Source: Octopus vulgaris (taxonomy: Eukaryota). From it: DNA of 64,000 bases. Position 1 is the stretch's first letter. The number at the start of each line of letters is the position of its first letter. This document shows, one piece after another, positions 26,362 through 37,962 of this stretch. Made by a program: the position numbers and the translations under genes. The notes below the pieces were generated by a model, which worked only from the letters and a program-made list of their open reading frames with translations, did not search any database and was not told where the DNA came from. The DNA is taken from the NCBI GenBank assembly GCA_951406725.2, contig OX597821.1:37200001-37264000 (forward strand), given 5' to 3'.

Positions 26362-26990
26362 CTATGTATATTTCCTATTTAGTATTGGGGAGGTTTCATT
26401 TATAAGGACATACTCCTGTATTTGTCTGAGTGTTGGGTCTTTTGGGTGCTTGGATAAGATGTGGATGTCAAGTTGACCCAAGTTGCCTCCGTGGTGGTCT
26501 TTGGCATGTTGGTAGAGTATGGAGGACTGCTTTTTGTCATGATATTGTCTTAGATGTTCATTTAGTCGTTCCACAATGCTCCTAGACGTTTCCCCTATGT
26601 ATGTCATGTTCATTTCTTTACAAGCACCTTCTATGCATCTTATGCAGTAAACTACATTTCGAGTTCTACAGTTAATGCCAGGGCTAATCCTACATACCAT
26701 GCAGTTATCATTGGTGCATATGGTATTCTCAAAAGGGTACATCCTACATAGTTGTGATCTGACGGAGTTCCTTGGCTTTTCAACAATCTTAATGTTGAGT
26801 TTGATCTCCTTCAGAGTTTTTCTAAATCTACAGGTTAGTTCTCCATGTGCTGTGGTCTCTACAAACATCACTCCTTGATATTTGTCAGTTTTATACCACG
26901 TGTTCGCCCTGTTTGCTTTGTCACAAGTTCTTTGTATCCTATTCCATATTCTTTGTTTCTAGATATAGAAACAAAGAACGGAATAGGACA
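26362..26990 (-). mobile_element. Penelope-like element fragment, GIY-YIG endonuclease (TRAPPC1 intron 1)
   Basis: C..RNVVYCI.C...YIGETSRS..ERLNEH...S.LYQH...H...R.I.E...I...P.LN motifs in ORF 26362-26871. Confidence 0.85.
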
Positions 26991-27049
26991 CACACACATA
27001 CATCCAGGATTTAAAGCTTTGAAAAATTATCTGACTTCTTCTAGAAGAA

Positions 27050-27950
27050 AATAGTGTTGGTGAAATGAAATTAAAGTCCCAACCTGTATATCATGCTGAA
27101 AGGATTATACAAAGTTTAATTTCCTTCTGATTTGTCATTCAGATAAGGTGTTGATAACTAAGAACATTTTCAAAGAGTGGTCTGCAAACATTTTCTTGTC
27201 CAGCTGTAGAAAGATAATTGTCAGATATATTGGTTTCAAATTTTGGCACAAGGCCAACAAATTCCAGACAGTGGGTAAGTTGATTCCATCTACCCCAGTG
27301 TCAACAAATACTTATTTTATCAACCTTGACAGGCAAAGTTGACCCTGGTGGTAGTTGAATTCAGAACATAATGTCAGACAAAATGCCACTCAGCACCTTT
27401 TTGATAAATATACTGCAAAAAAGTACTACTCTTCTTAGCCACCCAGTAAATGTAAATGAGCTTTCTGATAATGTAAGAATAGAATATACCCTCAAGAATA
27501 CAACTTTTTTGCAACAACCAATGAATCACTGTGCTGTAGCTAACTTTAAGCTGTATTATCTGAAAAGTACTTTCAAGTAACTTATGAAAGCAATTGACAG
27601 GGATGATAAATCTGCAGTTAGAGACTTCTGAAGGAAGTTCGACATAATGGACAACAGAGCTGCATCATAGAATGAAGTGAAACCTTCAACTTTGAAGAAA
27701 AAATATGGCCAGACTGTATCTGCAGCTTTACAAGCTTTCTTCCACATGCAGGAAGTCTACAAATCTGGAAAGATATTGTGATACTTGCAAATGGTGCAGG
27801 ATGCAAAGAAGTGTAATGTAGTTGAGTTGCTAGTGTTCCATAGAGAGAACTTATATGTGATGCTGTTAGAACAAAGAGTAAGCAGAGAATATGGACTTTC
27901 CATTAACTTCGCTTAAATTGACTGCAAAGAATACTGTTAAAGAGTTGGCA
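27050..27950 (+). mobile_element. pogo/Tigger-like transposase relic interrupted by a SINE fragment
   Basis: NTTFLQQPMNHCAVANFKLYYL resembles the NTT..LQPMDQG.I..FK..Y DDE motif. Confidence 0.55.
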
Positions 27951-30562
27951 CTTATGTAGAAAGGTTTGCAAATTTTTACTATTACTGACTCTAATCATGA
28001 ATGTAAAATAAGAATTGGATTAGGAGTTTACAATGAGCTCAGTTCCTACACTGAATTGTACACAGAGAAAATCCCCCATAAATATCAAATACCTATTTCT
28101 TTATTACCCACAAGGGGCTAAACATAGAGGAGACAAACAAGGCCAGACTTATGTATTAATTCGATTACATCGACCCCAATGCATAACTGGTACTTATTTT
28201 AATCGACCCCGAAAGGATGAAAGGCAAAATTGACCTCGGCGGAATTTGAACTCAGAACGTAGCGGCAGACGAAATACTGCTAAGCATTTCGTCCGGCATG
28301 CTAACGATTCTGCAAGCTACCTTTAGATAAAACCTTCATCCCTGAAGCAGATGTTGAACTATAAGATAAAAGATGATGTCTCTCGTCCTCCTAGTGACTT
28401 ATTCCATCACCATTCCTTACACAGCAGTTAATATTTTATGCTATTAAGGTATTTCAGTTCTTTTTCATCCCTAATATATTTTTCTTCAAATGTTCTCATG
28501 AATACTTTTAGAACATCATGTATTGTACATGTTCTAAAATTGTTATTTTCATGCATAAAAGTGGTTGTATCATTCGCATTTTTCTTTTGTTTAATTTTTT
28601 TTCAGAGAGTATTATCACTTTATAGCATGAAAATCAATTGGAAAAATCTATTTCTTGTTATGGACATTATTTTTGTAACATGGATGATTCTTTAATATCT
28701 GATACTTGGAACAAACTGTTTGTTTTAGAGCTGGAGAGATTTTTATCTGTAACTCGCATAATTGTTTAAAAAGAGTAACAGGAAAAAATCTTCCATTAGA
28801 GTTCTAGATTTTAGTCACAAATTTGTGAATGACAGAAACATTTAAAATAGTTAGAACTCATAAAGGAATCAAATGATGGTTGCAAAAGATCTTAGAAATA
28901 ATGTGACCAATTAAGTTTTTGGTCAGAGTTTCAGATCAGGACACCTACATAAGTTGGATTTTCTGTTTTGATGAGGATTTTTCCAATTTCTTTTTCACCA
29001 TGGCCTTTGAAATGATGGGAACAAGCTTTTTGTGACAAAAATGTTTGAAAATTATTTTTCTTTTTTATATCTCACTCTCCCCTACACTCCTCATTTAGAC
29101 TGATTTGAGATGATTTTTTTTTGCGCTACACACTTAAAAATGATGGGAGAAGCCTTTTCAGTAGGAAAAAAAAGTAAAAAATGAAAATATTTTCAGACGA
29201 AAAGATGACTTAAGGACGATTTAGAGGTTTTAAAATACTGGAGAGTGTGAGGTCATTGCAGGGATTCATCCAGTGATTTAAGAAAGGTATGTAAAAGTTT
29301 ATTTTAATAGCATGCTGATAGTAAATTAGTTTTTTCTTACATACAAACGAACTTGTTTGGTATGAGGAGTGGGTGGAGGAAGGGGTTAAACATTTAAATC
29401 ACGAAATTATTTTTTTGGCTTAAATCCCAGCAATGGACCATCCTTAGGTTAAACAAAAGCTGTATCATAATTCCATAAAATGTTTATAGGGAGAAAAATA
29501 CTGAAAAGCATCAATACATGTCAGGGTGACAAAGAAACGAGAAAGGTATCATGTGGTCGTAGGAAGTATTAGAAACAACAACTAAATCTCCCTTAAATCA
29601 ACCACCTTTTGCATCTGAAAATATTTACAAATATTTTCCTTTTTTGTTTTTTAACCGAAAAGGCTTCTCCCATCGTTTTTAAGTGCATAATAAAAAAAAA
29701 ATGGGCCAAAACCAGTCCGGAGGGGTTAAGGTATTATATAATGTAAAAGTGTCTGAATATGACACCCACCAAAGGCCCTTTGTTATGTTCGAACTGCAGA
29801 TTACATAAAGAAGTCTAAATTTGGGAGTAGATATTCGTGTTTGTCATGATAAAGAACACGTAAATGTAGCAATAAACATGGTTATTTCGCGTGGAAATTT
29901 TAGCGAACTTTGGTGCCAAGTATATATTTCTGCGATACCTGAAGCAATATGGATTTTCTTAAAGCCTTACATCATATTTCTAAAAGTTCGCGATGCATTT
30001 CCCAGCTAGTGTCACATTGTACGTCTGCAACCGGTGGTACTACACCAAAAAAAAAAAAATCATCGAAGCAAAATAAGCTGACCATATCAAAACATAAAAA
30101 AAAAAAGGTTACCAAAGCCTCCAATGAAACTAATAAGAAAAAAGATAAAGAGTTTATGCTTACAGGGAAGCTAAATGATCAAATATGAAAGTATTAACGA
30201 ACAAGAGTATAATATAATGAAAGATTTACAAAACATAAAAATTCAACACAAGAAATATTGAATGTCGATTCTTGAGATCCACCCAAAAATTGTAGGGCAA
30301 GAGAATGCTTTATAGGTACAGGCGTAGGTATAGAACAATAAATATCACAACCGGAATGAATCAACACTGAAAGTATTATGCGATACGTTTTCGAAAATAT
30401 AGGAACTGGACTAGAATGAACTTTTTATAAATTAAATCCGAAACAACAAAGAAGCGATCATTTTGGGAACTAAAACAAAATTTGGTGTGTAAAATGGAAT
30501 TCACTGCTGCACCTATATCTGAGAATTATTTTGAATAAAAACTATTTCAAGATATGAAGTAC

Positions 30563-30661
30563 CTCTTCTTTGCTCATGCCAGGGTGCTTTCTGCGATTCC
30601 ATTCTGAATAGTATAAACAGGTTCCGTATCTGTCGAAGATGTACAAATTATAGACGGGCAT
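30563..30661 (-). CDS. TRAPPC1: Trafficking protein particle complex subunit 1 (BET5), coding exon 1 ([33 protein letters not shown])
   Basis: ATG at 30661, 99 nt, donor GTACTT; NLY.FDR.G.CL.Y.EW.R longin/sybindin-family N-terminus. Confidence 0.93.
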
Positions 30662-31059
30662 CTTGGACTCAATTGCAAGAACCTGTTTCAATTAACTCCC
30701 CTCGTTTGGACGGTGTCCAAACACTAATGTCCCGATGGAGTAAAAGTTCTTAGGGATAAATTGTGTTTGTGAGGGAGTGTCATGGCTGTAAAAGATGTGC
30801 CTGTATGTATGGTCACTACTTTACTTGCTTATACATATTCTCTCTCACTCTCTGTAACAGTTCCTCTCTTTTAGTCTATGCCTGTTTCTTTCACTCTCTC
30901 TCTTTCACACACTAATTTCTGCCTACAAATTGCCTTCTCGGTATTTCAATTAGTCGTGTGTAAAAATCTCTGTTGTTATGAATATTTTTTCTTCGGTGAA
31001 AAATAACCATTCACAGCAAGTCATCGAGAAATCGCAGGAATATTGCCAAGTGGTGTACA

Positions 31060-31640
31060 GTTGCATTGTAGTCCTCCAAAATGCATAAGACCGCGTGCGC
31101 AGGGCATGCTGTGGAGGATTTTTGCAGGAGTTAGAGATTAACGGACAATTTTTGGGCGTCATGAAGTCCCCATACGAGTGCCCAGATATTTGTGTTCGAG
31201 TAAAAAGTGCTAAGTTGAAACCTTTCAATGTAGGTGTTGGATTTCAGCACGGATGTGTATTGTCACCTCTGCTTTTCATACTTTCCAACTGGATTGCCAC
31301 GCGCGGTTGTTGTGAAGTGGTATCACAATCAGTGACATGCAGTTGGCTGATATTTGCAAGAAACGTGGTGTTAATTAGTTTCTCAGAAGGTTGATCTCCG
31401 GCATGCGTTGTTTGGGTTCACCGTTGGGTGCTGCAAGGTAGGGATGAGAATAAATGTTGCAATGACTGAGACATCGGGTTTCTCAGGAAAGTCTTCCCAG
31501 TGCACTCTTATCTCCAACATTGAATTCAAGAATTTGCTGAGCCAAGTTGATTGGCTACATTTAACAAAGGAGCTAACTTTTCTAGATCAAGTATCGAGCC
31601 AACTTTGATGGATTCAGTCATCTTTTGGTGCAAATGTATA
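31060..31640 (+). mobile_element. LINE RT fragment
   Basis: KPFNVGVGFQHGCVLSPLLFI motif. Confidence 0.7.
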
Positions 31641-31849
31641 CTCAAAATAGATTTGCTTGTTGTGATGACCTTTAATGGTCCCAATGATGGCAAACAAATT
31701 CATAAATATTTTTAAAGTATTTTATTTATTATATTACATTGCACCATATGGATATAGAATAATAGTTTTTGCTGTTTTTTCCTTCTTCATGCTGCCAAAC
31801 CTTAATAAAAAGGCCTCAGACAGAAAGTACTTTTCTTAGAAAATTACCT

Positions 31850-32460
31850 CTTCCAAGAAAGATAGATTTTTCAAAAATATCCACATATCTGTCTTGAAGT
31901 CCAATCATTCCAGGTGGTTTTGTGGGGACTGAGCCTAATGCTCCAAGAATATTTCATTTGCTGCAAGGCATCACTATATGCTTGATATCTATACTTTTAA
32001 GTCAGCACATTTTGAGACCTCTTCTACTTCCTTGTTTGCATTGTTTTAGTCTGGAAGAAATGAAATATCTATTATTAGGCATTCTCTTTTTTTAACAACA
32101 TACATAATGGTATCTGTGCTATGGCATTCAATTGGCCTGTCTGTCTGGATGTCGAAATTCCATAGAATTTTCGTCTTCCAGATTTATTTTGAGCTTTTCT
32201 ACTACGTGATTGAACCACTTGTCTGAAGTGTATCTATTTTGCCTTTTTTTTTTTTTAACAAAGTGACCAGTGTCACTTGAAATAATACTCAACATGTCCT
32301 CACTTATATTCCTTCAGAGGTAACATGTTGTAGCCTGCTGTAATATGCTCAATATTTTCCACCTGTTTATTACATGAACACCACTGATTTGTTGAAGTAG
32401 TGGAATAAATATTCTTGCTCACTGAACTAGAGTTTAGAGCTTGATCTTGAGTGGCTGTCT
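31850..32460 (-). mobile_element. RLE-type (R4/Dong-like) non-LTR retrotransposon 3' relic
   Basis: Minus-strand KILWNFDIQTDRPI and downstream K..KY..I / LGALG-like segments. Confidence 0.55.
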
Positions 32461-35400
32461 ACAAACTAATAGAGTGCAAAAAATTTAGAAAAAGGTAAGT
32501 AATGTTGAAGGGAGAACATACAAATCCCATAAAGACAAAGATATTTACACATGACAAAATTGAAATACACTGTAGTCAATTTTTAGGCAGGTGTGGCAAA
32601 ACTGAATTTAAACACACTGGGTGAAGAAAAATTAAAAATAACTATTTTTCAGGGAGAATGTACAAAAACTGTAACCACAGAGATTTTTACACACAACTAA
32701 TTGGAATAGAAGGAAGGCAATTCATAGACAGAAATTAGCGTGTTAAAGAGAGAGAGAGTGAAAGAAACAGGCATAGACAAAAAGAGAGGAACTATTACAG
32801 AGGGTGAGAGAGAATATGTGTAAGCAAGAGAAATAGAGAATGTGAAAAAGAGAGAGGGGAGAAACAAAGGGAGAGAATCGGTCAAAAACTGCAGAAGTTT
32901 TTAGAGAAAACCCCTTGTAAAGCACCATTTTTCTTGGTTTCTCACTTTATATGGAAGTTCTGGGCAAAATATTATAGTGCATGACTATACTTGGCGCATA
33001 AGTAATGTCTGCGTAAAGTTTGGTGAAAATTGGTAGAAAATTGTAGAAATGCATACATACTACACAGAGAGAGACACACACACACACACACACATCCTTT
33101 GTTTTATATATTTTTAGATGACAGACATTTCCCTTTGGATGAAGTGATCCATGCGTGGTTTTTCTCATTTTCTGTCTAATGTGTCTATTTTATTTTTCCC
33201 ACCTTATTTATGTATTGATCACATTTATGACTCCTTAAATTAAGTTAGTACAATAAAAGATTTTTTATTGTTGTACAATATTTTCTTATGCAGACCCAGG
33301 AAGATGTGGGACGTAGTGGTGAGAAATGATCTTGAGATGTTAAACCTCAGAGAGGAGTTGACAAGGGACTGAGACTTCTAGTGATTTGCTGTGACTGGGA
33401 AGACATCAAGCTAAGTAAAGTAGTGACCATACATACAGGCACATCTTTTACAACCATGACACTCCCTCACAAACACAATTTATCCCCTGCAACCCATCTT
33501 CCAACACCACCTTTCCATGACCCATAATCACTATCCACTGCAGGCCCCTTCACCCTTCTTCATATGCCTTCTTGCACACTTTCTATGCCCTCACATATCT
33601 ACCGTACTCCCCCGCCTCCTAGTCACTACCACCATCACTTGTTACAGTCACCTCTTCCCCATCTCTTACACTCTTATAGAACATTCCCTCTATATCCCCT
33701 CCAAGCTACTTGTATTCCCCCACCCCCACCCCGCTGTACTGTTGTGGTTAGATCCTGATGCATCTTTAACGCCATCTATTTCTCTCTCTCTCACTGTCTT
33801 TCAATCCTCCTTTCTTTTACTATGAGGGTAGCCAAACATTCCCTCCATAGTAAGACACTTATCTCTATCCCTCTATTATATTTTAACTTCTCAACTGGTA
33901 CAAAGCCACCTTGCTCAGTACCTCACCCACTCCTAGACGAAAGGTCTTTGTCTTGCAAGTTACTTGGCGATCCCACTGGTGTTGGCACCATGTAAAAAGT
34001 ACCCAGTACAGTCTGTAATGTGGTTGGTGTGAGGGAGGGCATCCAGCTATTGAAACCATGCTAAAGCAGACAATGGTGCCTGGTGCAGCTCTCCAGCCTT
34101 GCCAGCTCCTGTGAAACTGTTCAACCCATACCAGCATGGAAGACAGATGTTAAGCAATAATGATGATGAGTTCTAGTATGGCTAGATTCTTATAGTCGTT
34201 GTCATTGGGCTCTATTCCACTTTCACAGTCTATATCATTCTTTCAATCTGTTAGATACTGGATGGTTAGGTGACAACTTAAAAGATTTGCAACCTATTGT
34301 CTTAAGCCACTGCAGCAGATACCAAAATATGTAGACCTCATCCATCGTCACCACCACCACCTCCACTATCCTTTTACACCCACTGTCTGTACTGGCAGGA
34401 GTTGCTTGAATTGGGGGAACTTTTCTCGCTCACATTTCATTTTGGGTTGGTTTCTGTAGCTGGAATTACTTTTTAACAGCAACATCTTAACAGAGTGTAC
34501 TGAGAACTCTTTTTTTTTTGTGCCATCAGCTCCAGGTCCTTGACAAAATTAGAGGGTCCTTACAACCTCACACTTTATACAGTGTACTGAGTGTATTATT
34601 TGTATTGTACTGGAGAAGTAGCCATGTCCTTGTCACAATTAAAAGGAGCTCACATTGTAGTTATGAGAAGTATATGATTGATAGAAGTACAGTGTTCTGA
34701 GATATGTATCAGTATTTAAGGCAATATAACTGAAATGGAGAAAAAACATATCTATATGGCCCAGGCGATAGATTGATGACAGAGGCCTGAGAAAAAAGGA
34801 AGAGTATTCTGGCAATCAAAATAATACAGGATGGTGGCAGGCAGTAGAAGAGGGGATGTGGTGAAGATAGAATAAACTGAGTACGAGTGGTTTAATGTAG
34901 CCATTGCTTCCCATGGAGTATGTTTAGGATGTTTGAAACGATTTGTCCGCATCTGAAGTTTTTCTCAACAAACTTTCTCATATGTGGACGTTGATCTTTA
35001 TTTGCAATATAAATATTCAAATGTAGTAATGCAAACATTAAAAATATTCCAAGACAATTTCAAATTGTATAAAGTTTGACTATATTTCTTGAAAAGGGTC
35101 GATTATTATATTATGAGACTGGCTCTTACTGTACCGAGTCTCCAGTAAATTCCCGGCAAGTCACTTCACTGTTAATGACCTTGAAAAAAAAAACAAAAAA
35201 AAAAAACGAACATCACAGGATTTCATTTCTTAAAAATCTAAAGACTTTTACCAAACTTTGACGACTGACATAGTAGAATGTTGTATTAGATATTTTAATA
35301 AAGTTTGGGATTTACAGTATGCAGGGTTAACTTTTTCTATCATTTTACGTGATGGAGAAAATAAATATTGGTATTACATAAACTGATTCAGTTGGCGACC

Positions 35401-35608
35401 TTTCTCCGTTTCGAGAAAAATTATAAAAGTTGGGACCTGTGTGACGATATTGATTTAATTTATTATCAGTGCTGCTTGCATGGTTAAGCAATTTGCCTTG
35501 CAAACACGTAGTATGGATTCGATCTTACTGTGTGGCACCTTTAACAAGTGTTTCTACCATAATCTCAGATTGATCAATACCTTGTGGTTGGAATTTGGTA
35601 AACGAAAA

Positions 35609-36685
35609 CGGTACTGCTTGAGAACAGTGGTCCCGGTGTGCGCACTCGCGCATCCGCTAGTCATGACTAGTCGATCCTTTGTGTTTTGTGTGTTATTTAC
35701 TTTGTTTAAAAAATTATTTACTTTGTTTAACAAAAATTATTGGATCTTTTCCTTTTGAACAGCATATGTCAACACAATTTCTAGTTAACTAAACACTTTT
35801 AAACTTCATATACTAGTAGAATGTGTTTATAAAACATCATTTTTCTTGTCTTTATTGAGAAAATTCTATGGTTTGTAAGATATTTCCACTTTAAAATCGA
35901 GCATTTCGACAATTTTAACCAATCACTGACCTCCATTTAGGTAAACAACATTCCGTGCTGTATGAATATGTCCCTCCTTTAAGAAACAAATTGGGTTTAT
36001 TTACATTTGCAAAGAAAAAAAGATACTCTTCCCCCACCTCTAACCCTAACTCTAAAACAGATTGAAATGCAATAGATCGATACTAGGGTTATAATTATGG
36101 GTGACATTTTCATTTGACACCGCTAGAAAAAAATCCCATTTTCCGTAGGGGTGTCGTATGAAGTTGTCACCCATAATTATAACCCTAGTATCGATCTATT
36201 GCATTTCAATCTGTTTTAGGGTTAGGGTTAGAGGTGGGGGAAGAGTATTTTTTTTTCTTCGCAAATGTAAATAAACCCAATCTGTTTCTTAAAGGAGGGA
36301 CATATTCATACAGCACGGAATGTTGTTTACCTAAATGGAGGTCAGCGATTGGTTAAAATTGCCGAAATGATCGATTTTAAAGTGGAAATATCTTACAAAC
36401 TATAGAATTTTCTCAATAAAGCCAAGAAAAAATGATGTTTTATAAACACATTCTACCAGTATACGAAGTTTAAAAGTGTTTAGTTAACTAGAAATTGTGT
36501 TGAAAACTGCCGTTCAAAAGGAAAAGATCCCCCAAATTATTTACTTTGTGTAAAAAAATGATTTATTTTGTGTTTTATTCACTTTGCTAGCTGGTCGTTA
36601 TAGGATCGACTAGTCACGACTAGCTAGCGCAGATGCGCGACTACGCGAGTGCGAGCACCGGGACCGCTGATCTCAAGTAGTACCG
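35609..36685. mobile_element. Outer TIR element (CGGTAC...GTACCG, 70-84-bp imperfect TIRs) carrying a nested foldback MITE
   Basis: 35609-35678 is the reverse complement of 36602-36685 with small indels; AT-rich aaattatttactttg units inside. Confidence 0.8.
35742..36530. mobile_element. 789-bp foldback MITE (two ~380-bp inverted arms, ~27-nt spacer)
   Basis: ggatcttttccttttgaac...gttcaaaaggaaaagatcc; arms match throughout to the centre near 36135. Confidence 0.9.
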
Positions 36686-37044
36686 CAAACACGTAGTATG
36701 GAATTGATCTTACTGTGAGGCACCTTTGACAAGTGTTTCTACCATAATCTCGGATTGATCAATACCTTGTGATTGGAATTTGATAAACGGAAACAGTGTG
36801 GAAGCCCATAGTATATTTATTGACTAAGGCTAGAAACTGAAAAAACGGTGTTGTTCGAATAAAGTTCTCTGAAATATTTGTTCCATATGCAATTGCACAA
36901 ATGCCCCTTGTCGCTCGCCATCCAAAATGCAGCAAACCCTCGATTGTCCTTACTGGAAACTTATAGCCAACAACTCTTTTGTCAGAAATTTTAATATAAA
37001 ATATAATTGAACAAAAATAAATGATTTGTATTCTTTTAGAAATA

Positions 37045-37053
37045 TTCCGGAAG
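37045..37053 (+). promoter_or_regulatory. ETS-like motif (TTCCGGAAG) about 120 nt upstream of the AMD1 ATG
   Basis: CCGGAAG core typical of housekeeping promoters; motif match only. Confidence 0.3.
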
Positions 37054-37075
37054 CGACCGACAATCCTGTAAATCA

Positions 37076-37157
37076 ATGAAATTTATTCAGCAGAGAAGTG
37101 TTTAATTCCTCGATGCTTCACATCAACTCGTCTTTCTTCCACCACATTTCTCATTAA
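37076..37157 (+). promoter_or_regulatory. Two candidate uORFs before the AMD1 start: MKFIQQRSV* (37076-37105) and MLHINSSFFHHISH* (37113-37157)
   Basis: ATG-to-stop frames read directly; the second ends 11 nt before the main ATG. Inclusion in the mRNA is not established. Confidence 0.45.
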
Positions 37158-37168
37158 TTCCACCAATT

Positions 37169-37266
37169 ATGGCTTCAGCAACTCATTTCTTTGAAGGCAC
37201 TGAAAAATTGCTCGAAGTCTGGTTCTCACCTTCCAGTGATTCTAGGGATCTTAGAATAATTTCTCG
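37169..37266 (+). CDS. AMD1: S-adenosylmethionine decarboxylase proenzyme, coding exon 1 (MASATHFFEGTEKLLEVWFSPSSDSRDLRIIS-R)
   Basis: Strong Kozak aattATGG; FFEGTEKLLEVWF signature of eukaryotic AdoMetDC; donor GTAAGT, phase 2. Confidence 0.95.
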
Positions 37267-37930
37267 GTAAGTTTTAGTTTATTTTCTTTTAGGTTGATTT
37301 CATTTCCATGTCATGCTTGTTATGTAACTTAATCTAAAGAACAGACTAAACTGTTAAAACGGATCGTTAATTATGTTTGCAAACAGCCAGTAAACATATT
37401 TACAAATTCCTTATTGCCTTTTACAGATGAATTCCTTCACAACATTTCACTTCTGACAGTTTTTCTCTTTCTATTGAAAGAATAGTTTATTGCTTATCTC
37501 AGATAAAATATCAGGACATTGAACTTCTCAGTTTCCCCATTATCCAAAACTTTGTAAAATTCTTTTTTAAACGAAATATTTTCGCTTTCTTTATATATCT
37601 ATGGCTTATTTTTTTTTCAATTAGTTTTGTTCTTAAAAAGAAAAAAATAAGTCCTGCTCGTCGATAAATGTTTGATTGCCGCCATGCGTTTATTTTTTTA
37701 AAACTCAAGCGGATACCTTGATAAAATAGCTAATTGAATAATAATCCTTTCTACTAGAGGCAAAAAAGCCTCAAATTTGTTGGGAGGGTATTAAGTCGAT
37801 TAAATCGACCTCAGTGTTTCACTGGTACTTAATTTATCGACCTCGAAAGGATGAAGGCAAAGTCGACCTCGGCGGAATTTGAACTCGGAACGTAGCGACG
37901 GACGAAATACCGAAATGCGCTTCACTCCGC

Positions 37931-37962
<32 letters not shown>

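Noticed and set aside
36030-36240. Telomere-like taaccctaac / ggttagggttag motif
   Set aside because: Only 1-2 units, part of the MITE body (also near 7205); not an interstitial telomere array.
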